A stretch of 63,623 nucleotides of DNA, filler included, from Nemertoderma westbladi (lineage: Eukaryota; Animalia; Xenacoelomorpha): assembly GCA_032718475.1 (NCBI GenBank). It is 4 parts of 4 records of this genome, joined end to end, with 100 filler letters (N's around TTAATTAATTAA, not from the genome) between each part and the next. Parts side by side here need not be neighbours in the genome. Positions count along the whole stretch, not along the records: positions 33,632 to 53,952 come from JAUCBJ010001311.1; positions 54,053 to 63,623 come from JAUCBJ010006832.1; 2 more parts are not named here. One strand, written 5' to 3'. The position numbers and the translations under genes are program-made. Positions within the stretch are counted from its first letter, which is position 1, and every line of letters starts with the position of its first letter. This document shows, piece by piece, positions 47,442-61,253 of this stretch. The notes beneath the pieces are model-generated. The model did no database searches and was not told the DNA's origin. It saw only the letters and a program-made list of their open reading frames with translations.

Positions 47442-50400
47442 ATCAACTCGCTGTCACTACTAGCTGCGTGGCATAAATTAAATCAACTCGCTGTCACTAC
47501 TAGCTGCGTGACATAAAGTAAATCAACTCGCTGTCACTACTAGCTGCGTGGCATAAAGTAAATCAACTCGCTGTCACTACTAGCTGCGTGACATAAAGTA
47601 AATCAACTCGCTGTCACTAATAGCTGCGTGGCATAAAGTAAATCAACTCGCTGTCACTAATAGCTGCGTGGCATAAAGTAAATCAACTCGCTGTCACTAC
47701 TAGCTGCGTGGCATAAAGTAAATCAACTCGCTGTCACTACTAGCTGCGTGACATAAAGTAAATCAACCCGCTGTCACTACTAGCTGCGTGGCAGAAAGTA
47801 AATCAACTCGCTGTCACTACTAGCTGCGTCGCATAAAGTAAATCAACTCGCTGTCACTACTAGCTGCTTGGCATAAAGTAAATCAACTCGCTGTCATTAA
47901 TAGCTGCGTGGCATAAAGTAAATCAACTCGCTGTCACTACTAGCTGCGTGGCATAAAGTAAATCAACTCCCTGTCACTACTAGCTGCGTGACATAAAGTA
48001 AATCAACTCGCTGTCACTACTAGCTGCGTGGCATAAAGTAAATCAACTCGCTGTCACTACTAGCTGCGTGGCATAAAGTAAATCAACTCGCTGTCACTAC
48101 TAGCTGCTTGGCATAAAGTAAATCAACTCGCTGTCACTAATAGCTGCGTGGCATAAGTAAATCAACTCGCTGTCACTACTAGCTGCGTGGCATAAAGTAA
48201 ATCAACTCGCTGTCACTACTAGCTGCGTGGCATAAAGTAAATCAACTCGCTGTCACTACTAGCTGCGTGGCATAAAGTAAATCAACTCGCTGTCACTACT
48301 AGCTGCGTGGCATAAAGTAAATCAACTCGCTGTCACTACTAGCTGCGTGGCATAAAGTAAATCAACTCGCTGTCACTACTAGCTGCGTGGCATAAAGTAA
48401 ATCAACTCGCTGTCACTAATAGCTGCGTGGCATAAAGTAAATCAACTCGCTGTCACTACTAGCTGCGTGGCATAAAGTAAATCAACTCGCTGTCACTACT
48501 AGCTGCGTGGCATAAAGTAAATCAACTCGCTGTCACTACTAGCTGCGTGGCATAAAGTAAATCAACTCGCTGTCACTACTAGCTGCGTGGCATAAAGTAA
48601 ATCAACTCGCTGTCACTACTAGCTGCGTGGCATAAAGTAAATCAACTCGCTGTCACTACTAGCTGCGTGGCATAAAGTAAATCAACTCGCTGTCACTACT
48701 AGCTGCGTGGCATAAAGTAAATCAACTCGCTGTCACTAATAGCTGCGTGGCATAAAGTAAATCAACTCGCTGTCACTACTAGCTGCGTGGCATAAAGTAA
48801 ATCAACTCGCTGTCACTACTAGCTGCGTGGCATAAAGTAAATCAACTCGCTGTCACTAATAGCTGCGTGGCATAAAGTAAATCAACTCGCTGTCACTACT
48901 AGCTGCGTGGCATAAAGTAAATCAACTCGCTGTCACTACTAGCTGCGTGACATAAAGTAAATCAACTCGCTGTCACTACTAGCTGCGTGGCATAAAGTAA
49001 ATCAACTCGCTGTCACTACTAGCTGCGTGGCATAAAGTAAATCAACTCGCTGTCACTACTAGCTGCGTGGCATAAAGTAAATCAACTCGCTGTCACTACT
49101 AGCTGCGTGACATAAAGTAAATCAACTCGCTGTCACTACTAGCTGCGTGGCATAAAGTAAATCAACTCGCTGTCACTACTAGCTGCGTCGCATAAAGTAA
49201 ATCAACTCGCTGTCACTGCTAGCTGCGTGGCATAAAGTAAATCAACTCGCTGTCACTACTAGCTGCGTGGCATAAAGTAAATCAACTCGCTGTCACTACT
49301 AGCTGCTTGGCATAAAGTAAATCAACTCGCTGTCACTACTAGCTGCGTGGCATAAAGTAAATCAACTCGCTGTCACTACTAGCTGCGTGGCATAAAGTAA
49401 ATCAACTCGCTGTCACTACTAGCTGCGTGGCATAAAGTAAATCAACTCGCTGTCACTACTAGCTGCGTGGCATAAAGTAAATCAACTCGCTGTCACTAAT
49501 AGCTGCGTGGCATAAAGTAAATCAACTCGCTGTCACTACTAGCTGCGTGGCATAAAGTAAATCAACTCGCTGTCACTACTAGCTGCGTGGCATAAAGTAA
49601 ATCAACTCGCTGTCACTAATAGCTGCGTGGCATAAAGTAAATCAACTCGCTGTCACTACTAGCTGCGTGGCATAAAGTAAATCAACTCGCTGTCACTACT
49701 AGCTGCGTGACATAAAGTAAATCAACTCGCTGTCACTACTAGCTGCGTGGCATAAAGTAAATCAACTCGCTGTCACTACTAGCTGCGTGGCATAAAGTAA
49801 ATCAACTCGCTGTCACTACTAGCTGCGTGGCATAAAGTAAATCAACTCGCTGTCACTACTAGCTGCGTGACATAAAGTAAATCAACTCGCTGTCACTACT
49901 AGCTGCGTGGCATAAAGTAAATCAACTCGCTGTCACTAATAGCTGCGTGGCATAAAGTAAATCAACTCCCTGTCACTACTAGCTGCGTGGCATAAAGTAA
50001 ATCAACTCGCTGTCACTACTAGCTGCGTGACATAAGTAAATCAACTCGCTGTCACTACTAGCTGCGTGACATAAAGTAAATCAACTCGCTGTCACTACTA
50101 GCTGCGTGGCATAAAGTAAATCAACTCCCTGTCACTACTAGCTGCGTGGCATAAAGTAAATCAACTCGCTGTCACTACTAGCTGCTTGGCATAAAGTAAA
50201 TCAACTCGCTGTCACTAATAGCTGCGTGGCATAAAGTAAATCAACTCGCTGTCACTACTAGCTGCGTGGCATAAAGTAAATCAACTCGCTGTCACTACTA
50301 GCTGCGTGGCATAAAGTAAATCAACTCGCTGTCACTAATAGCTGCGTGGCATAAAGTAAATCAACTCGCTGTCACTACTAGCTGCGTCGCATAAAGTAAA

Positions 50401-52561
50401 TCAACTCCCTGTCACTACTAGCTGCGTGGCATAAAGTAAATCAACTCGCTGTCACTAATAGCTGCGTGGCATAAAGTAAATCAACTCGCTGTCACTACTA
50501 GCTGCTTGGCATAAAGTAAATCAACTCGCTGTCACTAATAGCTGCGTGGCATAAAGTAAATCAACTCGCTGTCACTACTAGCTGCGTCGCATAAAGTAAA
50601 TCAACTCGCTGTCACTACTAGCTGCGTGGCATAAAGTAAATCAACTCGCTGTCACTACTAGCTGCGTGGCATAAAGTAAATCAACTCGCTGTCACTAATA
50701 GCTGCGTGGCATAAAGTAAATCAACTCGCTGTCACTACTAGCTGCGTCGCATAAAGTAAATCAACTCCCTGTCACTACTAGCTGCGTCGCATAAAGTAAA
50801 TCAACTCGCTGTCACTACTAGCTGCGTGGCATAAAGTAAATCAACTCGCTGTCACTACTAGCTGCGTGGCATAAAGTAAATCAACTCGCTGTCACTAATA
50901 GCTGCGTGGCATAAAGTAAATCAACTCGCTGTCACTACTAGCTGCGTGGCATAAAGTAAATCAACTCCCTGTCACTACTAGCTGCGTCGCATAAAGTAAA
51001 TCAACTCGCTGTCACTACTAGCTGCGTGGCATAAAGTAAATCAACTCGCTGTCACTACTAGCTGCGTGGCATAAAGTAAATCAACTCCCTGTCACTACTA
51101 GCTGCGTCGCATAAAGTAAATCAACTCGCTGTCACTACTAGCTGCGTGGCATAAAGTAAATCAACTCGCTGTCACTACTAGCTGCGTGGCATAAAGTAAA
51201 TCAACTCGCTGTCACTAATAGCTGCGTGGCATAAAGTAAATCAACTCGCTGTCACTACTAGCTGCGTCGCATAAAGTAAATCAACTCCCTGTCACTACTA
51301 GCTGCGTGGCATAAAGTAAATCAACTCGCTGTCACTAATAGCTGCGTGGCATAAAGTAAATCAACTCGCTGTCACTACTAGCTGCTTGGCATAAAGTAAA
51401 TCAACTCGCTGTCACTACTAGCTGCGTGGCATAAAGTAAATCAACTCGCTGTCACTAATAGCTGCGTGGCATAAAGTAAATCAACTCGCTGTCACTACTA
51501 GCTGCTTGGCATAAAGTAAATCAACTCGCTGTCACTAATAGCTGCGTGGCATAAAGTAAATCAACTCGCTGTCACTACTAGCTGCGTCGCATAAAGTAAA
51601 TCAACTCGCTGTCACTACTAGCTGCGTGGCATAAAGTAAATCAACTCGCTGTCACTAATAGCTGCGTGGCATAAAGTAAATCAACTCGCTGTCACTACTA
51701 GCTGCGTGGCATAAAGTAAATCAACTCGCTGTCACTACTAGCTGCGTCGCATAAAGTAAATCAACTCGCTGTCACTACTAGCTGCGTCGCATAAAGTAAA
51801 TCAACTCGCTGTCACTACTAGCTGCGTGGCATAAAGTAAATCAACTCGCTGTCACTAATAGCTGCGTGGCATAAAGTAAATCAACTCGCTGTCACTACTA
51901 GCTGCGTCGCATAAAGTAAATCAACTCGCTGTCACTACTAGCTGCGTGGCATAAAGTAAATCAACTCGCTGTCACTACTAGCTGCGTGGCATAAAGTAAA
52001 TCAACTCGCTGTCACTAATAGCTGCGTGGCATAAAGTAAATCAACTCGCTGTCACTACTAGCTGCGTGGCATAAAGTAAATCAACTCGCTGTCACTACTA
52101 GCTGCGTGGCATAAAGTAAATCAACTCGCTGTCACTACTAGCTGCGTGGCATAAAGTAAATCAACTCGCTGTCACTACTAGCTGCGTGGCATAAAGTAAA
52201 TCAACTCCCTGTCACTACTAGCTGCGTGGCATAAAGTAAATCAACTCGCTGTCACTACTAGCTGCGTGGCATAAAGTAAATCAACTCGCTGTCACTACTA
52301 GCTGCTTGGCATAAAGTAAATCAACTCGCTGTCACTAATAGCTGTGTGGCATAAATTAAATCAACTCGCTGTCACTACTAGCTGCGTGGCATAAAGTAAA
52401 TCAACTCGCTGTCACTAATAGCTGCGTGGCATAAAGTAAATCAACTCGCTGTCACTACTAGCTGCGTGGCATAAAGTAAATCAACTCCCTGTCACTACTA
52501 GCTGCGTGGCATAAAGTAAATCAACTCGCTGTCACTACTAGCTGCGTGGCATAAAGTAAAT
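47442..52561. repeat. 40-bp satellite, ~128 highly homogeneous units
   Basis: atcaactcgctgtcactactagctgcgtggcataaagtaa. Confidence 0.99.
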
Positions 52562-53359
52562 ATTATAATTTTGGAATATAACCTCTTACTACCAATCGCA
52601 ATATAAATGTGCTCAATGTTATAAAAAAATCTATATAAATTAATCTTAATTACAAAAAAATCTGATGATCTCTTGTTGAAAGGAAATAATTATATTCTAG
52701 AAGTAATTATACGAAAATATTACATCAGGTATTATTGATAAAGATTACTTATATCTGGTGAAACCTTTAGTGGTTGATCACTTTCGATTTGGCTGTGGTC
52801 TTTTTTTTAAGTTAGATTTTTTGGTGAAATTTATAAGTTTTTCGATAAATTTACATAGAAATTATTTCTTCGGGAAGTTATAATTATTTCGGTCACTGAA
52901 TAATGTAATGCAAATAATATGTAATGTCTTCTTACTCGGCAAGTTATCTTAAGTATAATGGATTGAAATAAAGCTAAATTTATTTAAATGCTGACCTAGT
53001 TAGTGTTTTAATTATTTCTATATTACTGCACTTGCAGTGCTACATTCGTGGATCCGGTTTCTTCTAACTATATTGATTAATTATTAGATTCAGAAATTAA
53101 TTATTATATTGGGATATTTACATGTCAATATGTTGGTCAGTATGATGGTCTGGGTGGGCAATGGAATGCTATATTCACACATGCTCCCACGGGCAATAAA
53201 CTAAACAAACTAAATTGACTGTTCTAGACGAAGACATATAAAAAATAAATACATATTGTTTTATTTACTGCGCGGTAAACAGAGTAGTAAGGGCAGGATA
53301 CAGAGGCTAGTCAGAGGAACAAAAACAATAAGTGAACGTACAGTATGTTACAAAATGAC

Positions 53360-53695
53360 ACCCCCCTTCCCCCGGAATATAGTGACGTTATTCAGGTACC
53401 TGCCACCCCCCTTCCCCCGGAATATAGTGACGTTATTCAGGTACCTGCCACCCCCCTTCCCCCGGAATGTAGTGACGTTATTCAGGTACCTGCCACCCCC
53501 CTTCCCCCGGAATGTAGTGACGTTATTCAGGTACCTGCCACCCCCCTTCCCCCGGAATATAGTGACGTTATTTAGGTACCTGCCACCCCCCTTCCCCCGG
53601 AATGTAGTGACGTTATTCAGGTACCTGCCACCCCCATTCCCCCGGAATGTAGTGACGTTATTCAGGTACCTGCCACCCCCCTTCGCCCGGAATAT
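53360..53695. repeat. 45-bp tandem repeat, ~7.5 units
   Basis: ccccccttcccccggaat(a/g)tagtgacgttattcaggtacctgcca. Confidence 0.95.
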
Positions 53696-53952
53696 GGTGT
53701 CGTAAAAGATTGAAAGCAAAAATAAAAATTCTGGCTCTCCCTGTCAGTGGTCGGGAGGTGAAACTATCTCTGTTTCAAATTTCATGCAATCTCATTAAGA
53801 TTTGTAGAAAAATTAGGGGGGGGGGGGGGGGGGCGTGTCACTGAATTACGACACTATATTCTGGGACATGGTGTAGGCCTATGTCGTGGCTGGCCGTGCA
53901 AGGATTCCAAATATGTAGGGCCTAACACATTCTGAATTTCGTCATCTGATGA

Positions 53953-54052
53953 NNNNNNNNNNNNNNNNNNNNNNNNNNNNNNNNNNNNNNNNNNNNTTAA
54001 TTAATTAANNNNNNNNNNNNNNNNNNNNNNNNNNNNNNNNNNNNNNNNNNNN
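53953..54052. other. Artificial contig linker
   Basis: N44-TTAATTAATTAA-N44. Confidence 0.95.
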
Positions 54053-55492
54053 TACATCTGCCTCACCGGTTAGAGGACAGGTATCCTTCTGTCTAGTACG
54101 TAGGCATTAGACCCGCTCACGTACATAGAATAGATACAAGGCTCTGTTCCTCGCCAGTAGTCGTTTGTGTACTATATCTGTTTGTTTAGATATCCTGGAC
54201 TGGGATTTGTTGTCAGATACTGTACAAGCCCGTATACATTACTAGAGTCTCATAGTAAGATACATCGTTACTAGGATCTGGTAAGCGGTATACTACTGGA
54301 CCCTTACACTATCTATTATCGATAGATATTAAGTCGACAAATTAGTATTTTATTGCGGTAGCAATGTGCGGGGATGCAATATCTGGTACTCCAACCCATA
54401 GGCCTATCGCCAAATTTGTAAACATGAACAGCGGAATAAAACCGCGGAGGATTCTTTATTGAACTTGTTCTAGACATAGGCACAAGTACTCAAATAATTC
54501 AATACAATTAATGTTAAAATATAAGTTAAATTTATTCATTTAATTACAGATTTATGTGCATACGGGCTGCTATCATGACAAAAGTTACAAATCACATTTA
54601 ACATATTCAACATCTGCTTTCGTCAGTCAAAAAGTTTTGCAGTTTATTTCTCCAAAGGTTTCATTTATGTTATTATTTGCTTACTAATAATACTATATTA
54701 CACAAATACATTACGCGAACCTAAAACCATTATAAAACGTAATTATACTACGTACAACGTTACCGAGAGCATCCGAGAGACAATACTCCGACTCAACGAT
54801 ATAGATGTAACCGTCTGACTGTGTACAGTACAATTTATAAAACGTAATTACAGTATACAGTAAATTATTAATAAACATTTTTTACATTGAATCAATGCGG
54901 AGGTGAGATTTAACTGGTAACTGCCGATTTAAATTACCTGATTATTAGGTTAGTATAGGTGTAAATCAAAACACATTTATCCTCTATAAATTATTATATT
55001 TTAATATTATACTCGAACAATACCCACACGCTTTCAACCATGAACAACTTAACCGATACACAGGCCTCACAGACAAGTAAGAAACATTAACTTCATAGAT
55101 CAATAATACACTACAGGACCCGCCTTCGTAAAACCCACCTGGAAAACCTCTGGTCAACGGAAACGATTACTAATTACTAACTTCACGGCGCATGGGTACC
55201 ATTACAAAGTATATGGTGCAACCCCTCCCTGTTCCACATAATCTTCGATAACTGCCGCTGTAAACTATGTTCCACCTCCGGAATCTTCCAATCGCGTCTC
55301 TACCACACATATAACTCTGTAATTCTCAGCTTTTAATATTTTTACAGATAAATTAATTTATAATAAAACTGTTTCTCTCCGTGCCTATTTCATATTGAAT
55401 ACCATTTTATCCCGTTTGGGGTGTATCTAACTGTTTCAAAAGATATATACAATTCGAGAGGTAAAATTAGATTATAATTCATCGATAAATTA

Positions 55493-55645
<153 letters not shown>

Positions 55646-57266
55646 TCAGTTTATTTTTATTTGAATGTAAGATGCCCCCTCGTACCAGAATGAACAACCG
55701 AAAAGGCGAGTAACTTAAAGGAGAAGGTAACAGTGGCACGTTGTTATTCTAACCAAAACAATAAGCGAGATTACAGGTAACTTATAGACAAGAGGTAGCG
55801 GCGCTCTTGTTGGATATTTTCGACCTTCGTCACATTCTGACTTTTGACCAAATATGTGATATTTCACTCTCTAACTACAAAGCATTTATTGAACTTCAAT
55901 TAAGTTCAATCCTTACTATTGTAGTTAATGGATTGTTGACAAATGATAGTGATTATTAATTCAAGGTTTAGTAGTGAACTTTGCACTAAGCAAACATTAT
56001 ACGAAACTCAAGGACACATGGCAGAGAGAGATAGAGAACCGATGTATTCTAACAGCTTTAATGATATCGTCTAGAGAAGCAGAGCAGGGATGCCGGACTT
56101 GCAATTATACCACGATGTTGTTATTGCATAAAATATGTTTTTATCCTTAGGCCTATGTCGACGTACGTATAACATATGAGTAGCCATTGATTAGTCCACT
56201 AAGCTGTTGCTATTGATTTGAATATGTGATACATAGAGAATTGATTTTTTGATGTTAAATATTTCTTGACCAAAATGTTACACGGCTTTATGATGTTTCC
56301 TTTACAATGACTGATGACTCAATCACTGACAGACTGATCAAAATTTAGGTACTGGCACTGGTACTTCCTGCCTGGCGTTTTTTATGAAATATTGCATGAG
56401 CCTTACTTGGGCCATTAAAATTCATCTTGTAAAAAATCAAATCAATTCAATGTGCGTGATTCAAGACATTTCCGACTTATTTTGTTTAATTGGCGCAAAA
56501 TTAAAACACACATTTCTCTAAGATATGCACAGAAGGATGGTTGTATCATAAACATGTCGGCCACACAATAGCAGAGATCGTATCCCTCCTAACGATATTA
56601 CGTCATCAAAGCTAGCCAATGTCAGAGCTTGTATCATTGCAACGTCTGTCTGCTCGTGATCTCAGAGCATTATCCTCAAAGCAGCATGTATAATATAGCC
56701 CCACTGACTCCATACTTCAGTCAGGCAGTGTTTGTTAGTTGTACAGTAGGTGTAGAACCGACTGGATGCAGTGCCATTAAAAGCTACAGAGAGGTGGATT
56801 TTGAATTTAAGTACCGGTACAAGACTGCCGGTCCCGGTAGGCTCACTAGCACAATAGACATGGCCTTACTTACAATACTTTTTATTTAAAGATTTTTACA
56901 AACTGCTGACCGCAAGCATGCTACTGGGTAGATATGCCTGCCAGATTTAATTCATTTGTAATAGGCTTGTCTAGGATTCTTCGATCGGGCTCCTTCCAGC
57001 CAGCTTGCTGACTTTCTAGTATATTAATAAAATGAAGGAGGGTGGGGTGATGTTCAGTGTTAAAGGTTACAATATACAAGATGTCTGGAAAATGAAAGAA
57101 ATTTGTGTCTACCTCTACAGATGTACCGGATCAGTATAACTTTAATTCTTTCCCTCCATATAGCCTACAGCTAATTATCATCTCACATTATCTACCAATA
57201 ACGTTTAATAATGTAAAGCCTCTTTGTTTTAATAAAGAGGAATACTAAATTTGTGTTTAGGCTTAC

Positions 57267-57339
57267 CGAATTGTAGCAAATCCTTGACCCTTTGCACCGG
57301 CGAAAAGAACAACCAAGGACGAGATGATTACAATAAGAT
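57267..57339 (-). CDS. KCNQ1: KCNQ1-type exon (S3 and S3-S4 loop), 73 bp
   Basis: tttcag|(D)LIVIISSLVVLFAGAKGQGFATI(R)|gtaagc; phases match the neighbouring exons. Confidence 0.92.
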
Positions 57340-58047
57340 CTGAAAAGTACAAAATATTTTTCTATTATTAATTATTTTTGCTTGAAATATATAAACTATT
57401 TTCTATAAAGCAGACAACCGTCACATCTATCGACTTATAATATGCAACTGTCCAACACCCATTGCCGTTGTCGAGATTACCCGCATCTTCACGCCATTAT
57501 GTATTCTTTAAAACATCCCATGAAAGTAATTGGTTGTCCACTGCCTGCCATGCTTAATTAATCCCGTGAAAGCAGCATCCTGCAAAGGGTGGCCCTGTTG
57601 TCCGATATTCAGACTCACGCCCATATCTCAGCTATTTTACGACGACATTTAGATATTTTGAATCCTTCCACGGCTAGCTTTCCAACAGTACCAACATAAA
57701 ATTTCAAGGTTGAAGTGTAACAGTTCTGAATCACTCATTAAGAATGTGGTAGGTAAAACTCTCTCTATTTAAAATTTCATGCAATCTCATTAATATTTGT
57801 GGGTTATTATTATTTATTATTTTTTTTTGGGGGGGGGGGGGGGGGGGGGGGTCCATCTCCTTGAATAATCCTTGAATAAAGACATTGTATATTCCAGGAC
57901 AAGGGGACTACAATTGTAATAACTCGATAATTAGTAAGAGAAGTTGTGTAACACTCAATTTCGGTTAAAAATGTGGAGCGGTTATGTTATTTGAAAACGA
58001 ATATTTGAAGATGAGTGTCAGAGTGAGTTCTTAACTGAATTGCTTAC

Positions 58048-58174
58048 CCAACATGAACACGGGTTTCTTTGCGAACTTCAGTCGGCCTCTCCAACCGACA
58101 TACTTTGATCGACATCCAGACGACCACAGTCTGGTACAATATTCGCAGCACAAAAAACCAACCAAGCATATTTC
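58048..58174 (-). CDS. KCNQ1: KCNQ1-type exon (S2 and S2-S3 loop), 127 bp
   Basis: ttacag|[42 protein letters not shown]|gtaagc. Confidence 0.95.
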
Positions 58175-58430
58175 CTGTAAATTTAAACAAAGTGTTGTAG
58201 GCCTATATGCTTGAAAATTACAATTACTGTATGTCTAATTTTTATTACAAGTGTATTCATTACAAAGGTGTCTAATATAACTTTTGGGCTAATTATTAAT
58301 TAACAAGGCATTAATTATTAATTAACAATGCATTAATTGATTTAATTAATTTAATTAATTTAACTTATGGATTATTGAGCGATATGTGATGGGTTCTTTA
58401 CAATATACAGTAGTTCACTTTCCATTCATA

Positions 58431-59020
58431 CTACTACTACTAGGTCGAGCCAACTCGGACGGTGGAAATGAGATCCTTCCAGGCTTCCCGATTCTCCATA
58501 GTTGTCGCAATTTCGTTTCTCCCAAGTTCAGTATCCCTTTCAAGTTGATCTATATATGTTATGGTCGGTCGTCCACGACTACGCTTTCCATGAGTTGGTT
58601 GCCAGAAAAGTAAATCTGGTATGACCTCGTCTTTACTTCGCCAGCAGTGCCCACTGAATCTTAATTTGCGTTCACGGAGGGTGGTTGATACAGGTGGTAT
58701 TGTACCATGAAGCTCGGCGTTTGTCATGTGTTGTCTCCAGTTGATGTTTAGGGCTGCCCTTAGTAGTCTTGTGTAGCAACCATAAATTCGTTGTTCAAGT
58801 GATTTAGTCAGTGTCCAGGTCTCACCCCATATAAAATACACTTTCCACTGTGGCTCGAAAGAACTTCGTCTTCAGGTGTCTGCAGAGATCTGATTTCCAG
58901 ATTCCAGATGGTATCCATTTTTGATAGAGCTCCCCAAGCCTTTGCTTTCCTAACTTCTATGTCCTTTTTGCTAGTTTCTATCCATGATCCAAGGTACTGA
59001 CTGGAAGTCGTTAATTTATA
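58431..59020 (-). mobile_element. 5'-truncated, frameshifted RTE LINE in a KCNQ1 intron
   Basis: YLGSWIE..RKAKAWGAL, GCYTRLLRAALNINW, LRFSGHCWR, RGRPTITYIDQL; (TAG)n tail; cattcata at 58423-58430 and 59021-59028 as probable TSD. Confidence 0.88.
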
Positions 59021-59364
59021 CATTCATAGACCAAAATTAAAAAAAAGCTGCTTAACTCATAATAAATATTAATAACGTACGTTTTTAACATCATATCCCT
59101 GTAATCAAATTTAATAAATTTAACTTGTAAACAAACATTTATTATATTTACTAAGTTCAAATTTGAACGAACATATAAAAGATTTATTATTATTATAATA
59201 AATAATAATAATACATTTTATTTGGCAAGGCATTTTCACTAACAAAAATCTCCTTGAATTTCGTTTAATTAACTTTGATGATTGTATTGCATCATTAGCA
59301 AAGGCAGTGCAATATTTTGGTCCTAGAGCCAAAATTCCTACCAAAAAATTATGTAGTATGTATG

Positions 59365-59585
59365 TATGCCTCAGTGAGTCATAGTCTATGCCTCAGTGCC
59401 TCAGTGAGGCATAGTCTATGCCTCAGTGAGTCATAGTCTATGCCTCAGTGCCTCAGTGAGGCATAGTCTATGCCTCAGTGAGGCATAGTCTGTGCCTCAG
59501 TGAGTCATAGTCTATGCCTCAGTGAGGCATAGTCTATGCCTCAGTGCCTCAGTGAGTCATAGTCTATGCCTCAGTGAGGCATAGT
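59365..59585. repeat. Tandem array of self-complementary 22/30-bp units
   Basis: tatgcctca-g-tgag(g/t)catagtc repeated ~9 times, some units with an extra tgcctcag. Confidence 0.9.
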
Positions 59586-59651
59586 GTGTGTCAGGTCTTA
59601 AATGAGAGTCTTACAAATTCGAACGTCAACGAACAAATTCGAAGGTTACTG

Positions 59652-59727
59652 TTCCACCTTGGTGTAGTGGTTGCGTTGAATTCACATCTCCCGTATGTCA
59701 TGGGTTCGATCCTTGCATGAACCAGGC
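59652..59727 (+). mobile_element. tRNA-derived SINE head or tRNA pseudogene
   Basis: A box tggtgtagtgg (59660-59670) and B box ggttcgatcc (59703-59712); no convincing cloverleaf. Confidence 0.5.
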
Positions 59728-60996
59728 AGTTTTCGTTAGGTCAGCAATAGGCCTAACGTTGCAAAATGTAGTATTATTGCCTAGTAGCCAATTCATGGCT
59801 ACCATATGGTCTTCACTTTGAGACATTTCGCCCTCTAGCGGCAGACTGGGGAACTGCAGACTACTCTGTGACTCTGCAAAAGATATGGCCTATGCCGTAG
59901 TAGATGCCCACCGAGTTTAAACCTATTCGGAATGAAAATAACAAAGTTAGAGAAGATGTTAATTTTCAGATAATACGCCCTCTAGCGGCAGACTATGGAA
60001 CTGTAGAGACGGCTGGATATAGGTAAGAGTAATTAGTAATCAGAGGTGTCACGAGAGGGGGGGGGGGGGGGGGGAGGGCGGGGTGCTTGGATACAACTAT
60101 TATTAATAAGCTGTTGCTTGGTTATAGCTAATTGGGGGTCAAAGGTCAACGATAAAGCTGTCTGGATATATATAAGAGTAATATAAAAACTAATTAATCT
60201 AAAAATAGAAATCAATGTATAAAGTAAAGTTAATACAATTTATTAATTTAAAATAAAGTACAAATGAATAATTAATTTAAAATTAAATACGAATAAATAA
60301 AGTAAAATAAAATACAAATAATTAATTAAAATTAAATATAAATAAATAGGTATTAATAAATAAAAGAGCCGCGGTGTCACTTATGACACCCTCTTGCGCC
60401 TCTAGGTGTACAGTTAGACAACACTGACACCATTGCGTATCGGATTGATTAATTGGGATAATCAATTAAACCCTAATTAGGAGTCGTAAGATACCTATTA
60501 GGGTTTAATTGTACTAATTAATTGATGACACTTGTCAATTCGGGTCTAATTAGCCTAATGAGGAGGTGTCACCCAGACAGTCTGGCGCCAATGACACCCA
60601 ATGACACCCATAGGTGCCATTGGGTGTCACCAGACAGTCTGGCGCCAGTCAGTTGGGTCTAACTGTCACCGAGCCGCCCAAGACCCTACTACTGATGGTG
60701 CAATATTATACTGTTATATAGTTCCAAATATACTGTATTGTTAAATAAAAGGTATTTTAACTTGAAGGATTCTGAAAAGCCAATAAATTTTCTTATTTTA
60801 TTTCATTTAAATCCACTTGTTTCGGGGATATGAAATAAACAAAGTATGGCGCATCTGTATTAAATAGGGTTAGGCCTACGATGTATTGGTTTGAGATTTA
60901 CAACAAATAATTTGAATTAGATGAAATTGGGTGGAAAGTTATATAGCAATACAGTACAGTATGTATCTCACGTAATATTTGTAGATTTTAACTTAC

Positions 60997-61087
60997 AGTC
61001 CAAAATAATATAATTGAAGAATATTGATTTAGACTCTGTATTGTTGAGAGAACACTGAGAATCAAACAGAATAGTACCAACAGGAAT
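60997..61087 (-). CDS. KCNQ1: KCNQ1-type exon (S1 and S1-S2 loop), 91 bp
   Basis: ttttag|a-FLLVLFCLILSVLSTIQSLNQYSSIILFWT|gtaagt; splices in frame to the 127-bp exon. Confidence 0.92.
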
Positions 61088-61253
61088 CTAAAATTAGTAA
61101 ATTTTAAGAATATATAAGTTTTATTAATAGTATATTATTACAAATTAAAAATGGCCATCATTATAAGACCTGCTATACATAACTTGTCTGGATACAAGCG
61201 GTCAGTTTACCTTACAAAATGATAAATAAGAATGTGCGAAGTTAAGAACAGTC

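Noticed and set aside
47442-52561. CRISPR-like appearance of the 40-bp, 52-bp and 63-bp arrays
   Set aside because: Units are head-to-tail with no unique spacers, there are no cas genes, and the context is eukaryotic.
53256-53719. PPPFPRNIVTLFRYL repeat ORFs
   Set aside because: A 45-bp minisatellite open in multiple frames; no evidence of a gene.
15848-54052. TTAATTAATTAA motif within N runs, and apparent linkage of PLE, Maverick, ELYS and KCNQ1
   Set aside because: Identical synthetic linkers; neighbourhood across them is not biological evidence.
59652-59727. Functional tRNA gene
   Set aside because: A and B boxes are present but the acceptor and anticodon stems do not pair convincingly; treated as SINE-like.
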